Shown here piece by piece: positions 1 to 11,424 of a stretch of DNA of 64,000 nucleotides. The number at the start of each line of letters is the position of its first letter. Position 1 is the first letter of the stretch. The stretch is from Girardia tigrina (taxonomy: Eukaryota): contig MQRK01254417.1 of the NCBI GenBank assembly GCA_001938485.1, forward strand, positions 54,283-118,282, in the 5' to 3' direction. Both the position numbers and the translations under genes were made by a program. A model generated the notes under the pieces. That model was given only the letters and a program-made list of their open reading frames with translations, made no database searches and was not told the DNA's origin.

Positions 1-40
<40 letters not shown>
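1..40. repeat. (TA)n microsatellite
   Basis: Direct reading. Confidence 0.95.
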
Positions 41-43
<3 letters not shown>

Positions 44-178
44 TTTTCGATGTTTATATTTTAACGATAAAATAAATAATTTTGCGAACGACTTGGAAAG
101 AGCAAAGAAATTCAAAACAAAATGTATCTTGTCAGTGTGTGATTGTCTTGCTTTTAAGACTTTTTTAAAAAATTGAAT

Positions 179-218
179 ATTGTACATGCTTCGAAATTTT
201 TTTTCCATCATCAGCAAT
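179..218 (-). ncRNA. Minimal type I hammerhead ribozyme motif, degenerate (GAAA to GAAG)
   Basis: Minus strand AUUG-CUGAUGA-U-GGAAAaaaaaUUUC-GAAG-CAUGU-A-CAAU. Confidence 0.7.
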
Positions 219-523
219 TATATTTGTTAATTACTTTTTTTTAAATTTAATTTCTTTATAAAGTTATTTTAAAAGAGAAAAAAATTATTTATTTAATTTA
301 AGATATTATTGGATAATAATGAAAAAATGTTTTTAAAATCTTAATTACAGAATTTAAGATTTGAAACGGTTTTAGCCTGTCCATTTGGAATGTTTATTAA
401 TAGGTTTTAGTGTTTTATTAATAATGATTCATAAAACTGCCGCTCATAGTGTAAATCAAAGCTCTTCTGTAAAACAGAAAACTCATTCTTTGAAATAGAA
501 GAGATTCTATTTTTACAATGTAA

Positions 524-1488
524 GAGGCTGTCCATAAATTACGTCACGCAGGAGGGGGAGGGAAGCAGATTTTTGTGAAGAAGTGTGACGAGGGGAAGAG
601 AAATTTGTGAATTTTGACGTCACATCAAAAGGATGCGCGTGCTTCAATCCCATAAATTATTAGTATGTTTATCATGTTTAATCATTAAATTTACTGATGA
701 AAAAAAAACTTAACATCTTCTTAAAAACGAATGTTATATGCATATGTGTAATTCCTAACATTTTAGTGAAAAAATTTATAAAAAACTTAATTTTTTAGCA
801 CTTTGCGATAACAAAACAAGTTAATAAAAAGTCTAGTGACAATTTAAGCGCAATTTCCTTATGTTATTCGGTGCCCAAATATTAAAACGTTTATATCAGT
901 ATTTTACTATGATATAAAATTAATTAAAATTAATTAATTAATCCATATGAAATTTATAGTTGTCTATTAATTATTAAAACGTTTATATAAGTATTTGACT
1001 AAGATTAATTTTTTTGTGACCGAACGAAAGGATATTTTTGAAAACTTTCTTCGGCAATATTGTTCTAAATTATTGCAAGAATCGATTGGTAAATGTTTCA
1101 AGTTGCTAAGTGGTCTGGTTGCCGAGGTATAGGCCAAAAACTGCATTTTTTCGAGGTTTTTTGGCTTTTCCAGGAAATCCAGGAAGGAATTCCGGGAATT
1201 TTTTTGGTCCACAATCATCCTCCGAACTTGCTTAACATATCTGCTTTTGGAACTAGCTCTCGATATTGCTTCGTTGAGGAGGAGATACGACTTAAAGCTG
1301 CGGACACACATCCATCCATCCATCCATCCATCCACACAGAAATAACCAATTAATAATCGCAATTGTCAGTATGGAAATTGCGCTAAAAAAATGTAAGAGG
1401 ATCAGAGCTTTTTGTGATGAAATGTGATGAGGGGGTGGGGGGGTTAGAAATCTACTAAAATCGCGTGACATCATTTATATACAGCCCC
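524..1488. mobile_element. Non-autonomous PIF/Harbinger-type element nested in the Penelope endonuclease region
   Basis: Imperfect TIRs GAGGCTGTCCATAAATTACGTCACGC / GCGTGACATCATTTATATACAGCCCC, TAA TSD at 521-523 and 1489-1491. Confidence 0.8.
1309..1334. repeat. (CATC)n microsatellite, possibly part of a Helitron/HINE-like insert
   Basis: catccatccatccatccatccatcca. Confidence 0.8.
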
Positions 1489-2847
1489 TAACCAATTATC
1501 AAAACCCTTACTCGATAGACTTGATTGTGAATGCTCACTAATCCGGGTTTTGAGATGACGATTTGTCTCTCCAATGTACGAGTTTGCGCCCTTGTTAATC
1601 TAATTTATAAACCAGATTAGCTTGCAATCCAAAAATTGTCATCGATTTATTCGAGAGGAAACTTTGGATGTCATTGAAACCATTTTGACACTACTTATAT
1701 TCTTACGAACACTCTTTTTAAATGCTTTAAATCTTTCAGAATATGTTATTTTAATTACTTGCTTCCGTTCGTCAATGTTGTCTTTATTTATTCCTTTTTT
1801 ACCTCGTGTTTATGTACATAATTTTTCCAATGTTACCTTATTATTGTGATCTCTCTGTTTGTTTGTATACATGTTACCCCTCAAGGGACTTCTAAAAATA
1901 TTTAAAAGTCCCTTGTTTGCAGTTTCAAAATTGAAAGACAAACTCCAAACTCTCAGAACTAGGACCTTTATCAAAATCTCTATATTTTTCCTCAAAAAAT
2001 CGCTGTGGTGTTGTTCAGATACATGTATCTGTTGTCTTTCTGTATAATTCAGTTCAATATTTCCCATTTATTCTAGTGACAAGAATACCAAGAAAAGGAA
2101 GTTTGTTATTAACTTCCAATTCTGTAGTGAATTTAATATCAGGATTAAGATCATTCAAGAATGTTAAGAATGATATAAGAGATAGATTTTTGAAAACAGG
2201 AAAGATATCATCTACATATCTCTTGTATTGCACTGGTTTTTCTCCAGGACTTGCATCGATTTTATTCTCAAGAGACTACATAAAAATTGATGCCAACATT
2301 GGTGCTAATGTGGAACCCATAGCGACTCAATCTTTCTGAATGTATCATTCGTCGTTAAAAAGAAATGGTACATTTTTGGCCGAGAATTTAAGAAATTCTT
2401 TCATTTTATCTTTGTTCATTATTTCATTCACAGAATCAGAAATATCATCCCATATTTTTTTCACACAAATCAATAGTTTTGTTGATAGTCACATTCGTAA
2501 ATAAACTGCAGAAATCAAATGAAACCATACATTCAGAATTGCCTTTAGGTATCAGATCCAAAATGAAATTTTTGAAAACAAAACTATCCCTGATCTCAAA
2601 TTCATTAGAAATCAAGGGACTTAATAATGAATAAAGAACCTTTGCGGCATTGTTCTGTACAGTCTCAATCATTGATAATAAAGGACGGAGGGGATGACCA
2701 GCTTTATGTATTTTAGTTAGTCCAAAAAATTAAGTTATTTGTGAACCCTGAAATGTCAACAGTTTCTTAAATTTTTGATTAATATTCTAAAGAAGACGTT
2801 TTATTAAATTCTTCAATTCTGTTTCAAAAAAGTAAAAAACAAATATA

Positions 2848-2888
2848 ATTTCTGATGATGGGAAAAAAATCTCCGAAACATGTACAAC
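2848..2888 (+). ncRNA. Minimal hammerhead motif, degenerate, in the inverted terminal repeat of the Penelope-like element
   Basis: CUGAUGA-U-GGGAaaaaaaUCUCC-GAA-ACAUGU-A; homologous to 179-218 on the opposite strand. Confidence 0.65.
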
Positions 2889-2949
2889 AATCAATTTTTT
2901 AAAAAGGTTTTAACAAAATTATTTTTCATATAATATATAATATATAGAT

Positions 2950-3260
2950 ACTAGAGAGTTTTAGCCCGGCGTGCCGGTCTTTTGTGGTTGCTACAATTTT
3001 CATAAATTTCAAAAAAATTTCCGCATAATTATGCGAACTGTAACTACCATGACTGTAACAGTTCAATGCATAGATTCAACAGAAATTTGAAAAAAATTCA
3101 AGAATTTGTATGGTTTCGAAATGAATTTAGCCATTTTTATGATGCTACAATATTGATGAATTAAATTAACTTAATTTTTTATATTTAATATTTACTTACA
3201 ATTGTAAGTAAATAATAAAAGCGTCACGCGACAGACAAACAGACACATGGTCACTGGGTT
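2950..3260. mobile_element. Possible short HINE/Helitron-like non-autonomous element
   Basis: Begins ACTAG...GCCCGGCGTGCCGG, ends with GACAGACAAACAGACAC microsatellite-like stretch, TA-rich flanks. Confidence 0.35.
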
Positions 3261-3469
3261 TATATATATATTATCTTATTCCTTATTTTTTGTCTCCAAT
3301 ATTAAAAATACTTAACAACACAAAATAAAAAAATTTTCTGATCATAATCTTTTTATTATCTGTTATTATTTCATCGTTATCTATTTCCAATTTTTCTATT
3401 TTACTTAGTTATTTCGTTTCATTCTTTTTTTTCTTTTGGTTTCATTAATTCTACCAGCTCTATTATTTA

Positions 3470-4150
3470 TTACATATTTGTTAAAATAAATGACGGATGT
3501 GAGAATAATTTTGTCGCCATGTCCTTGAACAAAGCCGATTCAAATGTTTTTCCTCTGTCTACATGAATTTCTTTTGGTGGCCCGAATTTCCATATCCATC
3601 TGTCCAATAACAATTTTCTAACTGTTTTTTCATCTTGACTAGCTGCTGCATTCAAGCTAATATATCTACTAAACTGGTCAATTTTTGCAAATATATATTG
3701 ACATCCATTTATATTTCTTTTGAATGGTCCACAAAAATCAATGTATATTTTCTGGAAAGGTTCATCCGCTAATTGCTTTATATGCTTTTCTTTTGTTTTG
3801 ATTGTTAGTGTCTTCCTTTCCTGACAATTTATGCAACTTTGAACTATTTCTTTTATAAATTCTCTCATATTTTCCATGTCGAAATCATCTCGGAGGTAGT
3901 TATAGACCTTTTTACAACCTGCATGACACAAGAATTTGTGCATTTCTTCAATAAAATTTGCTTGTTCTGCCTTTGGGATCCAGTATTTATTATCTTGATT
4001 TATGACGATATCATTCTTTAATGCTCATTTTCTTGTTCTACCTTTACTTATGTCTTCGATTATTTGTTTTATTTCATTATTATTCTTCTGCCATTTAAAA
4101 CCATCTGATTCTTGTTTTAATCTTTCCTTTCTTGGTCTCTTCATGCATTG
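3470..4150 (-). mobile_element. Ty3/Gypsy integrase remnant
   Basis: ORF 3470..3943: H..LCHAG...C..CQ zinc finger, IYIDFCGPF, IDQFSRY, FGPPKEIHVDRG. Confidence 0.85.
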
Positions 4151-4246
4151 TTTCACACTGATTGCATAGTTCGCAATGAATTTCTTGACATTGCATCAGC
4201 ATTTGAATGTTTTTCACCTTTTCGATATTCCATTTTCATGTCAAGA

Positions 4247-4522
4247 CTTGTTTAAACACCGAAAGAAACATTTGAAAGGTGTCCACTTTCATTCAGTTGA
4301 TGTCCTCAATGAGAAAGTCCTTAATATTCTCAATTCTTTGCCTCCCAATTTTTACAAAAATGCGTTCTCTGAGCTTGTTGCTCGCTGGCGCAAGTGTGTT
4401 GATGTACACGGCTCATACATTGAGAAATGATTTACTTTGATGTCATGTACTGATTCTGAAAAAATAAAGTTGATTGGAATTTGCTTTCTTGTCGAGTCTA
4501 AGGACTTATGGATCGCACCACG
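4247..4522 (+). mobile_element. 3' fragment of mariner (same family as 42599-43905)
   Basis: Near-identical to 43630-43905; ends RWRKCVDVHGSYIEK*, TIR ...GATCGCACCACG, then TA. Confidence 0.9.
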
Positions 4523-5386
4523 TAAAAACTTTTAAAATTATGTTTATCCTTAAAATTTTGTTTAATTAAGTATATTGATTTTTTTGATTTTGGCCAAATT
4601 ATTGAAAGAAGACTTGAAGACATGATAATTTTGTGAATTATTTGTGTTTCAAAACTGAAAAATAAGTAAAGAAGTTAATCAGTATTATCTATTATTATTT
4701 TATAATCGTTTATTTTCGAAGATGTGAGGGATAATTGTGAATGTTGTAAGTTTGTTGTTTTTATGCTGTTTAGATTTGTGACTCTCCTACTCAGATGGGA
4801 TTGATATGTTATTTGATTAATTATTTGAATCTAATGAAATTAATTTAATGATATTAAATTAAAGTACTAATTAATTAAAGTTCGATAATTATGAATTTTA
4901 ATAATATTTTCAGTAAACGATTTTAACTTATTAAATTTAATATTTTTCAAAATTAATGTTTATTTTAAAAATTACATAATGTCTTTTTATCCAATAAAAA
5001 ATATGAGAAATTAAAATGTAATTTTAAAATTTCCCCATTCATTAATTTTTTCATATTTAAATATTTAATCAAAAACTATATTAATCAAAGAAAGATGACC
5101 TCTGAAAATTGTTGTGAAGAATCTGTTTGTGTTGTAAATAAATGTTTGCATTCTAATTGTGATGTTGTTAATAGAAGAAATATAAATTTTCATTCTAATT
5201 AATAACAAATGATACAATAATTGGAATTGAATAACTAATGATTGTTCATTGAATTATTCGGCAAGAATGAACTCTAACTTTTTTCTAGTGATCTCTTTTT
5301 GTTGTCTTAATAAAAATGGAAATAATTTTATCAATTGTTTTTTAATACTGTCATTACGTGTCCTCATTATGATAAAATTTGTTTAG

Positions 5387-5521
5387 GATATTGAAAAATT
5401 AATGAATGAAGGTAATAAATCACGAACTGTAGCTTCGACAAACATGAATTCGGAAAGCAGTCGGTCCCATGCTGTGTTTAATATAATTCTTACTGAGACA
5501 ATAGCAGATCCACTTTCCGAT
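5387..5521 (+). CDS. KIF13: KIF13 exon, motor domain switch I ([31 protein letters not shown]...)
   Basis: tttag acceptor at 5385-5386, GTATGC donor at 5522, 45 open codons. Confidence 0.95.
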
Positions 5522-5568
5522 GTATGCTCATGTTTTTGCTGAAATTCTATATTAAATATTGCTATCAG

Positions 5569-5817
5569 GTAACTGGGGAGAAAAAATCCAAAATTAGTTT
5601 AGTGGATTTGGCTGGTAGTGAACGAGCTCAGAAGACTGGTGCTGTGGGGGAAAGGCTGAGAGAAGGCTGCAACATAAACAAGTCTCTGACTACTCTTATG
5701 CTTGTCATATCAGCATTGGCAGATGCTAGTAGCGCGTCAGTAAAGAAGTCCAAGGCAGGAAATAAAACAGCGGGATTTGTTCCTTACAGAGATTCTGTAT
5801 TGACTTGGCTGTTAAAG
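5569..5817 (+). CDS. KIF13: KIF13 exon, motor domain switch II to loop 12 ([19 protein letters not shown]...[13 protein letters not shown])
   Basis: cag acceptor, GT donor at 5818, matches ORF 5524..5865. Confidence 0.96.
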
Positions 5818-6201
5818 GTTTTTATTATTCTATTGTTTATTACTGTTTATATACTGAAACTATAGTCATGTTAAAATATTATTTTGGCTTCGATGTATTT
5901 GTAAGGTTTTATGTAATTTTGTTCTTGAAAAACTAAATTGGTTTCGAGAATGAAAAATTGCCTTATTACAAATTAAAGAAAATTTAAATTATTAGAAATT
6001 CTAAACGAATATACCGTACATACTCGAGTATAAATCTGAATTTTTTTTCTGTTTTTTGGATCATAAAATACCATTTCGACTCGAGACAAAAAGTAAAAAA
6101 ATTATTTTACTAAATTTTAGAGAGAATGAACATTCTTACCATCAACGGTATTGAAAACAACTGGTATAAATTCTATTTTGTTTAAAAGAATAAAATTATT
6201 A

Positions 6202-7372
6202 TTAGGTTGTTCGATATGAAACGGGTCAAAATTAAAGTAAAATGTAAATCGATTTTTTTTAAATAATAACATTTTATTTTTAATCAAAATATCCCCCCAT
6301 GTTGTCAACANNNNNNNNNNNNNNNNNNNNNNNNNNNNNNNNNNNNNNNNNNNNNNNNNNNNNNNNNNNNNNNNNNNNNNNNNNNNNNNNNNNNNNNNNN
6401 NNNNNNNNNNNNNNNNNNNNNNNNNNNNNNNNNNNNNNNNNNNNNNNNNNNNNNNNNNNNNNNNNNNNNNNNNNNNNNNNNNNNNNNNNNNNNNNNNNNN
6501 NNNNNNNNNNNNNNNNNNNNNNNNNNNNNNNNNNNNNNNNNNNNNNNNNNNNNNNNNNNNNNNNNNNNNNNNNNNNNNNNNNNNNNNNNNNNNNNNNNNN
6601 NNNNNNNNNNNNNNNNNNNNNNNNNNNNNNNNNNNNNNNNNNNNNNNNNNNNNNNNNNNNNNNNNNNNNNNNNNNNNNNNNNNNNNNNNNNNNNNNNNNN
6701 NNNNNNNNNNNNNNNNNNNNNNNNNNNNNNNNNNNNNNNNNNNNNNNNNNNNNNNNNNNNNNNNNNNNNNNNNNNNNNNNNNNNNNNNNNNNNNNNNNNN
6801 NNNNNNNNNNNNNNNNNNNNNNNNNNNNNNNNNNNNNNNNNNNNNNNNNNNNNNNNNNNNNNNNNNNNNNNNNNNNNNNNNNNNNNNNNNNNNNNNNNNN
6901 NNNNNNNNNNNNNNNNNNNNNNNNNNNNNNNNNNNNNNNNNNNNNNNNNNNNNNNNNNNNNNNNNNNNNNNNNNNNNNNNNNNNNNNNNNNNNNNNNNNN
7001 NNNNNNNNNNNNNNNNNNNNNNNNNNNNNNNNNNNNNNNNNNNNNNNNNNNNNNNNNNNNNNNNNNNNNNNNNNNNNNNNNNNNNNNNNNNNNNNNNNNN
7101 NNNNNNNNNNNNNNNNNNNNNNNNNNNNNNNNNNNNNNNNNNNNNNNNNNNNNNNNNNNNNNNNNNNNNNNNNNNNNNNNNNNNNNNNNNNNNNNNNNNN
7201 NNNNNNNNNNNNNNNNNNNNNNNNNNNNNNNNNNNNNNNNNNNNNNNNNNNNNNNNNNNNNNNNTCTGTCAAGAAATACCTTATTTATTTTCATACGATA
7301 GTTCAAAGTTAAGTTATACGCGATTGAAATGTAAGGTGTGAAGTTTGACCCGTTTCATATCGAACAACCTAA
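6202..7372 (-). mobile_element. Young mariner copy 1 (cecropia-like), interior is an assembly gap; nested in the pogo element
   Basis: Perfect TIR TTAGGTTGTTCGATATGAAACGGGTCAAA at both ends, TA TSDs, C-terminal VDNMGGYFD*. Confidence 0.9.
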
Positions 7373-7474
7373 TAATTTGTTTTATTTTATTATTGACTAT
7401 AGATTTCTGCCATTTCTATGGTTATTTCTTTTAAACTATTGCGTTAATAAAATTTTTTATGATAAAATATTTTA

Positions 7475-8667
7475 ATGTTTACTTATACAATGGCCGAATT
7501 GAAAAGGAAACGGCAATCATATGAATCTGGATTTAAGATTAAAGTTGTTGCGTTTGCGGAAATTCACGGCAATTCGAATGCGATGAGGGAATTCAATGTT
7601 GATGAAAAACTAATTCGCGATTGGCGGAAGATCAAGGAGGAATTAAATAGTATGCCAAGAACGAAGCGTGCACGCCGTGAAAATATATCATCGTTCCAAA
7701 ATTTGGAAGAGGAATTAAATGATTGGGTGGTGTCTCAACGGCAAGAAGGCTACATCGTCACACGTAACAGCATTATCCTGCGAGCCTTCCAGCTTAAGAA
7801 AAGTGAAAAGTACAAGACATTGCCTGGCATTACTACATTCTTAGCATCTGCGGGTTGGTGCTCGAAATTTATGGACAGATTTTCATTAACTCTACGCCAA
7901 AGAACAAAGATTGCACAGAAACTGCCAGCTGCATTGGAAGAAAAGATTCATTCCTTTCATCGATTTGCTATCAAGCACAGAAAACTACACGATTATGATT
8001 TATCGCAGATCGGAAATATGAACGAAACCCCAATAACATTTGATATGCCATCCAATCGAACCGTTAATTCTGCTGGTGCCAAAACTATCATGATAAAAAC
8101 TACAGGGCACGAAAAAACGCAATTCACTGTCGTGCTAGCATGCATGTAAACGGAACTAAGTTAAAGCCAGTGGTGATCTTGAAACGAAAAACATTGCCAA
8201 AAAATGTTAAATTTGTCTCTGGCGTGATTGTGCAAGCTCATCCAAAGGGTTGGAGGGATGAGATGGGCATACAAAAATGGTTACACCAGGTTTGGAATAG
8301 TTGGCCTGGTGCAATGATGGCTAGACGCACCATGCTAGTGTGGGACATGTTTCGCGCCCACATTTCAGAGTCTGTGAAGAAAACAACTAAGGATTTAAAA
8401 TGTGATACTGCAGTAATCCCTGGGGGATTTACGTCTGTTTTACAGCCTTTAGATGTCTGTCTAAACAAGGCTTTCAAAGACGGTCTTCGCAAAAAATGGA
8501 TTGAATGGATGACATCAAGTTCCGCAACACTAACAAAAGGAGGCAACCTAATGAAACCAGATATTATTGTTGTTGTTGCCTGGATTAAGAAAGCATTGGA
8601 TTCTGTACCGACAGAAATGGTAATTAAATCCTTCCTTAAATGTGGTATTTCAAATGCCATGGATTGA
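7475..8667 (+). pseudogene. Frameshifted pogo-like transposase
   Basis: Two overlapping ORFs with HTH_Tnp_Tc5 and DDE_1-like motifs. Confidence 0.88.
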
Positions 8668-9049
8668 TCCGAAGATAACTATCTTTACGAAGAAATCGAC
8701 AATATGGCTTCTGGGAGAGAAAATGAAAATGATAGTGGGGAGGAAACTGAAGATTACACTGTTGACACCGATACTCAAAATTTGATTCATGATGGGCTGT
8801 TTAGTAATTTGGATTCTGAAATTGATTAGTAAAAGATACAACTTTTTTATTATTAAAGATGAATTTTCATGTTAATTTTTTGTGTTGTAAATTAAAATTG
8901 AAACCATTTTTCATGTTCGACTTATACTCGAACCAACCTATACTCGAGTATATACGGTAATTAAATTAAATAGATTGAAAGAAGATAATCTTTTTAATAT
9001 GAGTCATTAAATATTTCACGATAAACATTTCCTAAAAGCACTTTGAGTG

Positions 9050-9702
9050 CCTCTTGGTACATGTGATCAAACAAGTGTAATGATAGTCCTCGTTCTGGAC
9101 GACCAACAAAATTGGATAATGATGACTTGCAAGCAGAGTTGGACATGAAGCCTTCGTCAATCACTCGCGATTTTGCATTTAAGCTTGGATTTGGCAAGTC
9201 AATCATACATTGGCATTTGAAGCAGCTCGACTTTGTGCTCAAGAAACCGCGTCAAGATCCACACGAAATCACTAAAGCACAGGCCTGCCTTAATCATCTG
9301 AAAACGTGCACTGCTTCAGCAAGACAATGCCAAGCCGCATACCATCAAGAAGACCACGGGCAGGTTCCAAGAGTTGGATAGAGTCGAAATCCTGCCGCAC
9401 CCTGCTTACAGCCCTCATTGCGCTCCATCCGACTATGGCCTCTTTCGATCCATGCAACACTTCTTGAAAGGCCGCCGATTCGAAGCATTTGATGAAGTTG
9501 AACAAGCATGTCAAGAGTTCTTCAATTCTCAGCAGCCGGAATGGTACTTTGACCAGACCCGAAAGCTTACAGACCATTGGTAGAAAGTAGTCGAAAACAA
9601 TGGACTGTACTTTGAAGATTAATTGTTATTTATTTAAAATAAATTCTTGCACAAAAAATTATATTTTTCCTTCTTGACGGGAACTTTTAGGACAAACTAA
9701 TA
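9050..9702 (+). mobile_element. Internally deleted mariner remnant
   Basis: DSPRSGRP, QDNAKPH, HPAYSPHCAPSDYGLFRSMQHFL, 3' TIR-like GACGGGAACTTTTAGGACAAACTAATA. Confidence 0.82.
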
Positions 9703-10038
9703 AATGGAAATTTTTTTAAGTTTGTAATTTGCGCGCGAAACTAATGAGATTTGATATCAGTTTCCCATTGACAACATTAAATATGATCATATTAAACGGA
9801 GTGTACTGTCTTGATAAAACAAACTTCAGAAGCATTATTAAAAATTGTAAGAAAAATGGAGAAATAAAAGCCTAACTTATATTTGAGTTTTAATAAGTCG
9901 AAAAATAACGGAATAAGTATATTTGGTATTTATTAATTTAATAATAATAATAAAAATATTCAGACTATTCTTTATACTTGTGATAATAACTAAATAAAAT
10001 CTTGTTTCGGAATATTTCAATTTTGAGCAATATTTTAG

Positions 10039-10199
10039 GATAATCTTGGAGGTAATTCCAAAACAGTTATGGTTGCTACTCTCAGTCCTGCTGCGGATAA
10101 TTACGAAGAAACACTATCAACTTTAAGGTATGCTGATCGAGCGAAGAGAATTGTCAATCACGCTATTGTTAACGAAGATCCAAATGCAAAGATTATTCG
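10039..10199 (+). CDS. KIF13: KIF13 exon, end of motor and neck linker ([54 protein letters not shown])
   Basis: tttag acceptor, GTAAGT donor at 10200. Confidence 0.96.
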
Positions 10200-10249
10200 G
10201 TAAGTAATGAGTTCTTTTTAGTATATCTTTATTAATGTCATTTATTCAG

Positions 10250-10412
10250 AGAATTACGAGAGCAAGTCGAAGATTTAAAGAAAGAATTGGAAACTGCTAA
10301 AGAACGTCAGGCTCCGGACCTGAAAGAAAAATTGGAAGAATCAGAAAATATTATCAAACAATTATCAAAAACGTGGGAGGAAAAATTAATCGAAACAGAA
10401 AAGAAACATAAA
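10250..10412 (+). CDS. KIF13: KIF13 exon, neck coil and CC1 (ELREQVEDLKKEL...APDLKEKLEESE...TWEEKL)
   Basis: cag acceptor, GTAATT donor, phase 2 to 0 consistent. Confidence 0.94.
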
Positions 10413-10472
10413 GTAATTTAATTGAAAAATAATTGAAAAATATTACAAATTATCTATAAAATTACATTACAG

Positions 10473-10607
10473 GAGAGACATGAAGCTCTAGAAAAAATGG
10501 GTATTTCCGTTCAGACTTCTGGGATTAAAGTAGAAAAATCCAAGTTTTACCTTGTAAACCTCAACGCAGACCCATCTCTAAATGAGTTACTCGTTTATTA
10601 TTTAAAA
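10473..10607 (+). CDS. KIF13: KIF13 exon (ERHEALEKMGISVQTSGIKVEKSKFYLVNLNADPSLNELLVYYLK)
   Basis: KIF13-diagnostic pre-FHA motif; cag and GTTAGT splice sites. Confidence 0.96.
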
Positions 10608-10711
10608 GTTAGTGTTTTAACGTATATGATATTTTGATACTTTTATTTTAAAATGAACTGAAAAGTTATTAAAAAAAATTAACATTTTGAATTAATTTTT
10701 AAAGTTTATTG

Positions 10712-11139
10712 GAGCGGCAATGTGCCAAACGTTTTAGGAATGGGGCAAAAAATAAAAAGACAAATATTGATGGAACAATATAATTTAATATAACCGCGAT
10801 AATGACAAAAATAGTATATTGTGAAAGCTGTGACTGCATTTCTAAAGGTTCCTCAAAATCTGGTTCGACCTGAGAGGTACTGATCTTGAGAAATCAAATG
10901 AAATGCTCCAGCTTGTTTCTAGTTTATCTCTCCCCAAGTTTTATTATAGAAAACACGCGTTCATATAAACACATATCTAATTATATATAAATGTTAATGG
11001 AATTTTACTCTTAAGAAAAACATGGAACTAACTTAAAATGTACCAAATTAAAACATTGAAATTGAAAATCTCTATAAAATTTCGTCTAATCTATCGATGG
11101 GCTGTAGCTGGTCCGCGGGCCTTAGTTTGTCCATCACTG
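10712..11139 (-). mobile_element. hAT (Charlie/Buster-like) remnant
   Basis: End reads CAGTGATGGACAAACTAAGGCCCGCGG on the minus strand; minus translation KISTSQVEPDFEE..EMQSQLS resembles a Buster transposase C-terminus. Confidence 0.5.
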
Positions 11140-11424
11140 AACTAAGGGACCTAATTTTTTATTCTAACTTTTAATCAAAGTACACGAAGTTTTAGATAAC
11201 GGAATTTTTATAAATTCTAAGTTTTATGGCTGTTCCGCCCGACCCTCAGGTTGCTCCGAGAATGGGACGGAGACAACAGGGTTGCGCCGTGGTTAATTGG
11301 CGATTTGATTTTGTTGGGCCCATTGATATCTCAATAACTCATAACCTTTCCATTCGTTTTCGATCTTAATACAATCAGATTGTTGAGAGTCCTTCAAGTT
11401 GACCATTTTATTAATATTTTTAAT

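Larger units (their letters stand above)
150..2930 (-). mobile_element. Decayed Penelope-like retroelement (RT plus GIY-YIG) with inverted hammerhead-containing terminal repeats; boundaries approximate
   Basis: Minus-strand motifs GHPLRPLLS, VSFDFCSLFTNV, VAMGSTLAPMLASIFM, YKRYVDDIF, SYIGETNRHLKTRISEH, FSVLQK...ERQFYESLLIK. Region ~150-360 is an inverted, diverged copy of ~2765-2925. Confidence 0.85.
6014..8957 (+). mobile_element. pogo-superfamily DNA transposon (POGK/Passer-like; Brinker-type DBD, CENP-B HTH, DDE_1), inactive
   Basis: TIR CCGTA(C/T)ATACTCGAGTATA with TA TSDs; transposase split between ORFs 7475..8149 and 8140..8667 by a frameshift; first catalytic Asp reads N (GNMNETP); LVWDMF and LQPLDV present. 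Confidence 0.9.

Noticed and set aside
967-1474. ORFs with WMDGWM repeats
   Set aside because: They are translations of the (CATC)n microsatellite inside a non-autonomous element.
6280-7312. Long 330-350 aa ORFs here and at 32539-33625 and 51659-52687
   Set aside because: They are runs of N (assembly gaps); only the mariner ends are real sequence.
7475-8667. Domesticated POGK-like host gene
   Set aside because: It is flanked by TIRs and TA TSDs, frameshifted, and the first catalytic Asp is lost; it is a dead transposon copy.
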